Shown here one piece after another: positions 1-8,300 of a stretch of 23,562 nt of DNA (the stretch's first letter is position 1; every line of letters begins with the position of its first letter). The stretch is from positions 88,222-111,783 of the forward strand of contig JBHLLU010000004.1 in the NCBI GenBank assembly GCA_048938895.1, read 5' to 3'. The notes under the pieces were generated by a model. That model was not told the DNA's origin and searched no databases. It saw only the letters and a list, made by a program, of their open reading frames with translations. The stretch comes from Promethearchaeota archaeon (GTDB lineage Archaea; Asgardarchaeota; Lokiarchaeia; Sigyniarchaeales; SOKP01). The position numbers and the translations under genes were made by a program.

Positions 1-254
1 ATTTTAATCAACTCTTTTACGGTAATTCAATTCAGAAGATTTTTTTAAAGGATTGAATTAATTAATAATTTTTATGATATAATAATATTATTTGTTTTTT
101 TAATAATTAACGTTTTTCTGGAATTGTTGTATGTTATGGATAATAGATGTGAATAAATATAAAAATACGAAAAATATAATTTAAGTATAAAAGATATTAC
201 TAGTAATAAAAAAATTATACTAATTTTCAATAATAACAGAGGAATTGAAAGAAC

Positions 255-965
255 TTGGTTTCAAAAGAGCAAAAAAAAATCGAACGCGTAATAAATTTTA
301 TGAAGAAGGGATTAACTTCTTTAGCTGATGATCTCGAAGAAACTGTTAAAGGTATTAATGATTTCATTAAATCTTTGGCTAAAGCTCAGAAAGATTTGAA
401 GGAAGTGACTGTAGGTGAAGAAGTCCAAACTGTCAGTACTTCCTCTAAAAAGATCATAGCATCTTCATCTGGTGAGGCAAAAACAGCAGCAGCTAGTACT
501 CTATTCAGTCTTTTGAGTGGTGGTGGTGCATCTCCCGCACCAGCAACTTCTGCAGCCCCACCATTGACAGCAGCTCCGACTCCTCCAAGTAGTGGTGGAC
601 CTCCAAAAGCACCTCCTTCTGGTGGACCTCCAAAAGCTCCTCCAAGTGGTGGTGGACCTCCAGCTGCACCTCCTTCTGGTGGAGGACCCCCTAAAAGACC
701 TAATTTACCACCTGCACCAAAATTACCACCTGCAGCTCCTCCAAGTGGTGGTGGGCCTCCAGTTGCCCCACCTACTGGCGGACCTCCGAAGGCGCCTGCT
801 TTTGCTAAAAGACCTGCCGCACCGAGTGCCCCACCTAGTGGTGGACCCCCTAAACCTCCTGGTGCCCCAGCAGCAGCCCCACAAGCTGGTGGTGGTTTAA
901 GTTCTTTAAGAGATGAGATGTTAGACGAGTTAAACCGTTTGAAAAAAATCATGAGAGGAGAGTGA
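255..965 (+). CDS. Proline/glycine-rich protein: N-terminal coiled coil, PP[ST]GGPP repeats, C-terminal amphipathic helix ending in LKKI (WH2/VASP-like); putative actin regulator
   Basis: 236-aa ORF with TTG start at 255 and an in-frame ATG alternative at 300. Heptad-like N-terminus (LTSLADDLEETVKGINDFIKSLAKAQKDL), low-complexity P/G/A/S middle, C-terminus GGGLSSLRDEMLDELNRLKKIMRGE. A/T-rich third codon positions support this frame. The CDS is well supported; the function is inferred. Confidence 0.8.
   Translation: MVSKEQKKIERVINFMKKGLTSLADDLEETVKGINDFIKSLAKAQKDLKEVTVGEEVQTVSTSSKKIIASSSGEAKTAAASTLFSLLSGGGASPAPATSAAPPLTAAPTPPSSGGPPKAPPSGGPPKAPPSGGGPPAAPPSGGGPPKRPNLPPAPKLPPAAPPSGGGPPVAPPTGGPPKAPAFAKRPAAPSAPPSGGPPKPPGAPAAAPQAGGGLSSLRDEMLDELNRLKKIMRGE
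582..860 (+). repeat. Intragenic imperfect repeat, 7 copies of PP[ST](S)G2-3PP; the first four are tandem 27-30 nt units
   Basis: Units cctccaagtagtggtggacctccaaaagca / cctccttctggtggacctccaaaagct / cctccaagtggtggtggacctccagctgca / cctccttctggtggaggaccccctaaaaga, followed by three more dispersed copies. Confidence 0.9.
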
Positions 966-972
966 AGAAGCA

Positions 973-1022
973 TTACCAGAATCCCAATCTGGTAAATCAG
1001 ATCCGAGTTCCAAATAATCTGA
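973..1022 (+). other. Two adjacent stem-loops just 3' of the Pro-rich gene (possible 3'UTR structure or terminator)
   Basis: Perfect inverted repeats ttaccaga(973-980)/tctggtaa(988-995) and tcagat(997-1002)/atctga(1017-1022); T-rich tracts follow at about 1078-1110. Confidence 0.35.
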
Positions 1023-1395
1023 ACCGGGATATCGCTGGAAACAAAAACCAGAAAATTATTTATATATAATTATTACTATTTTTTGCTCTTTTACATTATA
1101 ATTTTTTTAACAAAAAAAGTAGATTTCAAGAATTAATCCATATTTGAATGATATCAGTTTTAAAATAAATAAAAATGATATCTCTATTTGGAGAGACATA
1201 CACTTAATAAACTTCTTTTATGGTACCTTATTGGAGATTTCTTTCATGAAACTATTTATCTTAAGAAAATTCTAACCAGTGAAATTGGGACTATTGTTCG
1301 CATAAGATTAATTAAAATATTTAAAATTATAATATAATAATTAAGTGTACATTATTAGAAATTTAATAGATTTATAGATTTTTTCGACGTTAAGT

Positions 1396-2517
1396 ATGAG
1401 AAATCTTACTATTGTAATGGACATCGGGCAATTTTCTACCAAAATAGGTTTTGCTGGAGAGGATTCTCCAAATCAAGTCTTTTTAACAATGGTTGGCAAA
1501 CCAAAATATCAGAGTGTGAGTATAGATTATGAACCCCGAAAATCCCAGAAAGATGAACTCTATGTTGGTGATGAGATTCAATCTATTGGACTATATAAAA
1601 TATTTCACCCTATAGAAAAAGGGATCATAACCGATTGGAAACATTTTGAAAATATATTAGATTACATCTTCTACAATCTAAGAGTTGATCCTACTCTAGT
1701 TAATGTACTCTTTGCTGTTCATCCTTTATTTCCATATTCAGATTTAAAAAAAATTTTTGAGCTATTTTTGGAAAAGTATCAATGCATGGCGTTCTATCCT
1801 GTCTTAGATTCTATGCTTACGTTATATTCGGGAGGATTTCAAACGGGATTAATAATTGAAATTGGTGATAGTAACACCAGAATTGTTCCTATTTATGAAG
1901 GTTACAAAATAGAACATGCAGTTAAGATTATAGATATCGGAGGAAGGGTATTAACACATTACATGGAAAAAATTTTAGAATCAATAGGGTGGTCAGTTGA
2001 TTCATCAATTCGCAGAGAATTAGTAAGAGTCCTAAAGGAAAAAGCATGTTTTGTTTCATTAGATTTTGCTGAAGACCTAAAAAGGAGTGAGCAATATAAT
2101 AAAGAATATTCATTACCAGACGGTTCTACCATCTCATTGCATAATGAGAGATTTATGGTTCCTGAGTTATTATTTAACCCTTCCACTGAATTAGAAGTTG
2201 ATTCCTTACCAGTTGCAATTATGGATGTAATTGAGGCATGTGACCTAGATATACGACCAGAATTGTTAAACAATATATTTTTATCGGGAGGTTCATCGAT
2301 GTTTCCCAATCTAAAATCCAGAATGTATCAAGAATTAGAATTGGAGTTAGCAAGAAGAAAAAAGAAAAACCAAGTTGTAAGGATTATTGCACCAAGAGAG
2401 AGAACTTTTTCTGTATGGGTAGGAGGCTCTATTTTGGCTATGATTCCAGAATTTTCAGAAAATTGGATATCTAGAGCAAAATATTTCAATGAAGGTATTC
2501 CTCCTAATTTATTATAA
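1396..2517 (+). CDS. Actin-family protein (divergent Asgard actin-related protein)
   Basis: 373 aa, colinear with actin motifs: MDIGQFSTKIGFAGEDSP (DNGSGxxKAGFAGDDAP), YVGDE, PIEKGIITDW, IVPIYEGY, GGRVLTHY, KEKACFVSLDF, YSLPDG, NERFMVPELLFNPS, CDLDIR, LSGGSSMFP, IIAPRERTFSVWVGGSILA. Confidence 0.97.
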   Translation: MRNLTIVMDIGQFSTKIGFAGEDSPNQVFLTMVGKPKYQSVSIDYEPRKSQKDELYVGDEIQSIGLYKIFHPIEKGIITDWKHFENILDYIFYNLRVDPTLVNVLFAVHPLFPYSDLKKIFELFLEKYQCMAFYPVLDSMLTLYSGGFQTGLIIEIGDSNTRIVPIYEGYKIEHAVKIIDIGGRVLTHYMEKILESIGWSVDSSIRRELVRVLKEKACFVSLDFAEDLKRSEQYNKEYSLPDGSTISLHNERFMVPELLFNPSTELEVDSLPVAIMDVIEACDLDIRPELLNNIFLSGGSSMFPNLKSRMYQELELELARRKKKNQVVRIIAPRERTFSVWVGGSILAMIPEFSENWISRAKYFNEGIPPNLL

Positions 2518-2599
2518 CTATTTTTAAGTGAAATTATGGTATTACTGCGATATTACATTTAAATATATTTTTCCACTCAATATTTACTCATAATATTAA

Positions 2600-2965
2600 T
2601 TGTCTCTTGTTAGGGTCCTTGAGAGTATGGAAGAATTCGAAAAGAATAAGTTTTATAGACCAAATTACTCCATTCTATTTAATAAAATTAAAGATATTAA
2701 AGCTCCAATTAAGAATGAGATCCTTATGTCATTATTAGATGGTCAATGGCATTCTGAGCTTGAGTTGATTAGAAAAACTAAAAAGCAACATGGATATATT
2801 GGAGCAGTCACGTTAGGAACAATGATAAATTCATTGAACCATATGATTCAAAATAACTATTTAGAAAAGAAGGTTGTTAATAGTAAACTTTACTACAAAA
2901 TTTCAGATAATTTTGTAGGTTTGACTAGAGCAGCATATCGATTTGATGCAAAAAAATTCTTTTAG
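2600..2965 (+). CDS. Small basic protein, probable winged helix-turn-helix DNA-binding protein
   Basis: 121 aa, TTG start with ATG alternative at 2627. Pattern EILMSLLDGQWHSELEL...TLGTMINSL...YLEKKVVNSKLYYKIS fits helix-helix-helix plus wing hairpin. Confidence 0.65.
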   Translation: MSLVRVLESMEEFEKNKFYRPNYSILFNKIKDIKAPIKNEILMSLLDGQWHSELELIRKTKKQHGYIGAVTLGTMINSLNHMIQNNYLEKKVVNSKLYYKISDNFVGLTRAAYRFDAKKFF

Positions 2966-2973
2966 AAAATTTT

Positions 2974-5148
2974 TTACTTTTTATTTGAGTTAGATGAATT
3001 GATTTCTTTTTTTATACATTTATCTTTAAAAATTCTGAAATCAACACAGTTAGAGCAGAAACCTTTCCCATTACGATCCCTAAGCCCCTCATTCCAACAT
3101 TTCGGACATAAATAATAATTATAATTTTTCCCATTTTTTTTGAGAGAAATTCTGAATATATTGAAATAACAAATCGAACATCTTGATTCTAATAATTTTA
3201 GGCTTCCATTTTTGGGCAGTGATAAATAATTCTTACATGCATCATCTGAGCAAACTAAAAATCTCTTGTTTTTTAAATTAATAAACTTCATAGGTGCTTG
3301 ATTACAAAATGGACAATTAGATGTTGTTAAGGAATTAGTATAACTTAATTTTATGTTTGTCGCTTTTTTTTCTATCGATATCTTAGTAGCAAGAAGTTTG
3401 TCAAATAAATTTAAAAATTCCTGCCTTATCTCATCCACAACTTCCTGCATTGTTCTTTTCTGTAATTGAATTTCCTCGAGCTTTTGTTCAACATGTTTTG
3501 TAAAATTTGGTTCTAGAAAAGGAAGCCATATTTTAATCAAATTCTCTATCAGAAAAACGCCTAAATCTGTTATTGAATATTGAGTTCTATCTCTACTTAT
3601 TAACTTACGAGTTTGAAGTAACTTTATAATAACTGGTCGTGTGGATTTGGTACCCAAATGATTTTTTTCCATAAGCTTTAATAAAGAAGTATCAGAATAC
3701 TGTGATGGGGGTTTTGTTTCTTTTTGAATTAGTAAAATTTCCTTTATTGGAACTTTATTACCAGTAACTTGGATATGTTCTTCATACTTAGGTTTTAAGA
3801 AGGGAGCAATATCTAAAAATCCTGCAGTAATTAATGAAACTCGTTGAGCTCTAAATGGCTCATCTTTGATTAATAAGTTTAATGTTTGAACAGATTCTAT
3901 TGCCTCACTGCCAAATAATGCTAGATAATGACGCGCTAGTAAGTTATAGACCTTCTTCTGTAGATCACTTTCAAACCTCGAATCATATTCTTCTAAACTT
4001 TCGAGAGGTGTGATAGGGGGATGATCTCCAGCATCTTTTTTCCCTTTTGTAGGAACAATTCGCTGATTTCCAAGTATAGTGTTTACAAATTTTCCATATT
4101 GAGAATGTGAAGAACATTTGTTTAAGATACTTATATGATCAAAATCAGGTTTATAAACGTCACTGTCAGTTCTGGGATATGATATTATCTTATTCAGGTA
4201 CAATGCGTTCATAGTGGTCAAAGCAACATTAGCAGAGATCTTTAAGTTCTTTGTAAGGAGCATTAACGCCTTTGAGGTATTTAATGGAGTAGGGGGGGAC
4301 TTTGTTTTTAATTTTTGAGGTGAATCAACAATTTTTGCCATTTTTTCATCTTTAATTTTTTGAAATATTTGATTTGCTTTAGATTTCAAGGTATTTTTAA
4401 AGGGATTTAAGTTATGGTGCGCTTGAAAAGTCCCTTTATCGTGAAACAACACGGCATCTATTAAATAATATGGTTCTGGGACAAAATTCTTGATCTCCTG
4501 ATCTCTTAAATACAATAAATAAAGAAGACTAGTTTGAACTCTTCCAATAGAAGTAAACTGAACCCCATATCTTACCAACAGAGGACGTAGTATATTAGTG
4601 ACTTCTCTCGTGCTAGAAAAGCCTATAAATGCATCAATAATAGCTCTAGCTTCACCTGACTCACCCCAGCTGTATTTAGGACTGATAAGATTATTGAATT
4701 TATTAGTTATTTCATGCTTTTGTAAAGAACTCAGCCATAATTGGGAAACTTTTATATTTGGGTTTACTTGTTTAATAAATGGAAGTGCATCAATAAATCC
4801 AATATTACATCCCTCAATATCTGCATCTGTACCAATGATGCATTGATTTGAAAGTTTGGAATATTCTTTCAAAACTTTTATGAATGGTTGAGCATAAGAT
4901 ATCGGAAATTTCCTAATGGCATGAGGATTGGTAATAATCTCTCTTGCAGGGTGTTTAGTCCAACTTTTATATCTCTCAGTATTTCTATATTCGAGAATGT
5001 GACCACGTAAAGGAATTACATATAAGTTTTTTGAAGGAACAGAATATATACTCAAAGATTTTGTTTTTTTGATTGTTTTAACTGAACCAAGAGCATTTGC
5101 AATTGCTTCAGCTGCTTTTTTCTTCTCAGCTATTATTAATGTGGCCAT
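2974..5148 (-). CDS. topA: DNA topoisomerase type IA (topoisomerase III class) with C-terminal Cys-rich zinc-binding region
   Basis: TOPRIM motifs IIAEK, GHI and DADIEG; SIGRVQT; catalytic Tyr324 in ISYPRTDS; DAGDHPPITP; LGTKSTR; C-terminal CPFC, CSDDAC, CSIC, CPKC, CSNC. Confidence 0.96.
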   Translation of the reverse strand: MATLIIAEKKKAAEAIANALGSVKTIKKTKSLSIYSVPSKNLYVIPLRGHILEYRNTERYKSWTKHPAREIITNPHAIRKFPISYAQPFIKVLKEYSKLSNQCIIGTDADIEGCNIGFIDALPFIKQVNPNIKVSQLWLSSLQKHEITNKFNNLISPKYSWGESGEARAIIDAFIGFSSTREVTNILRPLLVRYGVQFTSIGRVQTSLLYLLYLRDQEIKNFVPEPYYLIDAVLFHDKGTFQAHHNLNPFKNTLKSKANQIFQKIKDEKMAKIVDSPQKLKTKSPPTPLNTSKALMLLTKNLKISANVALTTMNALYLNKIISYPRTDSDVYKPDFDHISILNKCSSHSQYGKFVNTILGNQRIVPTKGKKDAGDHPPITPLESLEEYDSRFESDLQKKVYNLLARHYLALFGSEAIESVQTLNLLIKDEPFRAQRVSLITAGFLDIAPFLKPKYEEHIQVTGNKVPIKEILLIQKETKPPSQYSDTSLLKLMEKNHLGTKSTRPVIIKLLQTRKLISRDRTQYSITDLGVFLIENLIKIWLPFLEPNFTKHVEQKLEEIQLQKRTMQEVVDEIRQEFLNLFDKLLATKISIEKKATNIKLSYTNSLTTSNCPFCNQAPMKFINLKNKRFLVCSDDACKNYLSLPKNGSLKLLESRCSICYFNIFRISLKKNGKNYNYYLCPKCWNEGLRDRNGKGFCSNCVDFRIFKDKCIKKEINSSNSNKK

Positions 5149-5306
5149 TTTGACATTTTATCTAACAATAATTCTAAATCTCATTTCTTAAAACTTGAAT
5201 AATAAATAACTACGGTTACATAAATTTCTGGTTGTTAATAAAAGAAAAATATACGCTATCTATTTAAAGTATTAAGGTTTCCACTAATCTGTGCAATTCA
5301 ATAAAT

Positions 5307-8300
5307 TTAAGTAGGTAAAGTAAATATAAAAGACGATCCTTTATTAACTCCTTCTGAAGTTGCGTATATTTTACCTCCATGGAGATTAACAATTCCTTTT
5401 GTGATATAGAGTCCTAGACCAGTCCCACTATCTTTTATTGTGACTCTACTATCATCAATCGGCTGTTTTATTCTTTCAAATTTCTTGAATAGCTTTTTTA
5501 ATTCTTCTTGAGTAAGCCCAATTCCATTGTCCTTCACCTCAAAGATATAACCATCTTTATTTTTTTTTGCAGATATTTCAATCCAACCATATTCATGTGT
5601 AAATTTAATAGCATTTGAAATTAAATTAGTAAAAACAGTAAAAATGCGCGTAGCATCTACATTTAGGATTATTTCATGATTAATATTCAAGATAATCTCA
5701 AGGTTTTTTTCATTAATCAAATAACTCAATTCATCAAGGCAATCGTTTATAAGCTTACTCACATCCACGCGTTCTTTATGTAAATCTACTTTATCTTCAT
5801 CTATTTTCATAACTTCTAGAAGTTGATCCATTAATAATTCTAATCTTTTAACATTCCGTTGCACAGTCTTTAAATCCTCAATAATCGCAGGGGTTAATTG
5901 ATTTGTATATTTCATTAGAATATAATCAGTATATCCTGAAATTGAAATCAATGGTGTCTTCAGCTCATGAGCAGCCATAGTGATAAAATCATTTTTAATC
6001 TGGTCCAATTTCATCAGTTCTATGTTCTGTTCTCTTAACTTTCTTTCAGATTCCATTAATTCTTGTTCTAAAGTGAATTTTTCAGTGATATCGATGAATG
6101 TACCTTCAATTTCGATTGGTTCTTCCTCAGAATTATAAATTACATGAGCATTTATGCTCAATGTAATAATATTGCCATCAACATTCTTTACTTGTGCAAT
6201 GAAATTTCTCAACACTCCATATTCTTCTAGTTGTTGATAATATTTTTTGTATGTTTCTGGATTGGCAAACATATTAGATGATGGGACTCCTATAAGGCTA
6301 TCTTCTAGATTTAATCCTAAAATCCTTTTAGCAGCCTGATTATGGAAAAGTAATTTTCCTTGATATTCTCCCCAATAAAATCCTACATCTAAATTATTTA
6401 CCATATTTCGATACTTTTTTTCTGATTCTTTAAGTTGATTTTCCATTTCCTGATTTTCTGTGATATCACGTATAATAGTAATCACCTGTTCTACTTTTCC
6501 CTCGTGAAAGATAGGGATTTTTCTAGTTTCTGTGATTACTTCCTGATCTTCGAGGTGGGTACTTTCTGTAGTTATTAGAGTTATCCCTCGCTCAAAGACA
6601 TCATTATATTCACTATTAATCTTGGGGGGTAAGAAAGGAAATACATCTAATACTTCTTTCCCTTGAATATTTGTAGGCATATTTAGTCGCTCAAGCCAAC
6701 CCTCAAACTCTTTATTAAAAAGAATTATTTTTAGATCCCTATCAACAACATGTAATGGATCTCCTAGCGAGTCAATTGTCGTACGATATTGATATACAGA
6801 TTCCCTTAATCTCTCTTCAGCATTTTTTTTTTCTGTAACATCTTGAATAATGATTTGGATGATTGTCTCTTCCCCCAATTCAATCGTGGAAATTTCTGAT
6901 TGAACCCATGCACTTGTACCATCTTTTTTGTAAATTTCTACTAATTTTGGTATGACTTTTGAATCTAAATCTCCTCGTTTTGATAACAATTCAGGTAGTT
7001 TTCTTAAAACATTTTTTGTATCAGATGGGTATACTCCAATTAAAGAAAAATAGTTATTTCCAATAAGATCTTTTTTATTGTACCCAAAAATCGCCGATGT
7101 AGTAGAATTTATATCTATTATCATGCCCCTTGAATTTAAGAGAACGATACCATAAGGTGAATTTTCATATAAATGTCGAAATTTTTCCTCAGATTCTCTT
7201 AATTCTTTCGTTCTTTCCATTACTATATGTTCTAACTTATCATTTAAATTTCTCAATTCCTCTTCAGATTCTTTCAAATCGGTAATATCTTGAATAATTG
7301 CCTGGGTGAGTGTTTTATCTCCTATTTTTACTAAAGAGCTAGTAATGGCTAGCCAGATGGTTTTTCCATCAAGTCTTGTTATCTGAACTTCTAGAGGACC
7401 GAGTCTCTCACCATTTAAGAACTGATCAAATCTGTCTTTCAAATATGAAATAATCTTTTCAGGACGTTGAAGGAATTTTAAAACATCTACAAATTTCTTT
7501 CCGATAATATCTTCTATTTTCAAAACCGAAAGCAACCGATTAATAGTCGAATTACAGTCTATAATAATCCCGTCTTCATCCAATAACCAGATAGCATAAG
7601 GAGATTTTTCAAACAAATGGTAATATTTTTGTTCAGATTCCTTAAGTTTTTGTTCTAGTAAATACTTTTCAGTGATATCTCGTGCTACCCCACTAAAACC
7701 GATTTTATTTCCGTTAGAATCATAATTTAAGTATATAGAAGATTCACAAGTGACCACACTCCCATTCTTGTTAGAAAATTGAAATTGAAAAGTTAAATTT
7801 GGTATTTCTGTTTCTAAAACTTGAGTGTAAGCGTCTATTAGTTTTGCTTTATTTTGTTCATCAACAAATTTCTGAAAATTTACCCCCATTAATTCTTCTC
7901 TTTGATAGCCAATGAGTTCCATGAAAGCATCGTTGAAAAAGGTAAAATTTCCCCGTAAATCCACTTCAAAAAAAGTTTCTTTAACATTCTCAAGAATACC
8001 TCTGTATTTTTCTTCAGATTCTTTTAGTTTTTGATCAGCGATTTTCCTCTCAGTGATATCTTCATATGTAACAAGAATTCCCACTACATTATGTTTAAAA
8101 TCAAGTAAAGGAATCCGGTTGATTTCAAACCAAACCAGGGTTCCGTCTGAATTAGTCATAGATTCAATTCTATTAAATTCAGGTTTATTATTTTTTATTA
8201 CTAGTCGTTCACATTCCTCAATGTAATTTTTTTTGTCTAAAATCCAATTTAGTTCATTCCCTGTTTTCCCTATAATAGATACTGAGCTTTCTAAAGCATT

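Noticed and set aside
23-60. Inverted repeat taattcaat(23-31)/attgaatta(52-60)
   Set aside because: Almost all A/T in a very AT-rich spacer, so plausibly chance; upstream context lies outside the window.
582-860. Repeat as a CRISPR array or as a canonical profilin-binding polyproline tract
   Set aside because: Units are in-frame coding repeats without unique spacers. Proline runs never exceed two, whereas classical profilin ligands need longer runs.
386-973. 195-aa Gly-rich reverse-strand ORF, and the 592..900 alternate-frame ORF
   Set aside because: Shadows of the GC-rich Pro repeat (CCN read as NGG/GGN leaves few stops); the + strand frame has coherent domain structure and codon usage.
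963-995. TGA stop followed by hairpins as possible selenocysteine readthrough (would add U-RSITRIPIW)
   Set aside because: No redox-motif context, no recognisable SECIS core, and the extension is only 10 codons.
940-1069. A7 run as a -1 frameshift site into, or GTG-started translation of, a 35-codon ORF at 962-1069
   Set aside because: No canonical slippery heptamer in frame, the hairpin is too far downstream, and the peptide has no recognisable features.
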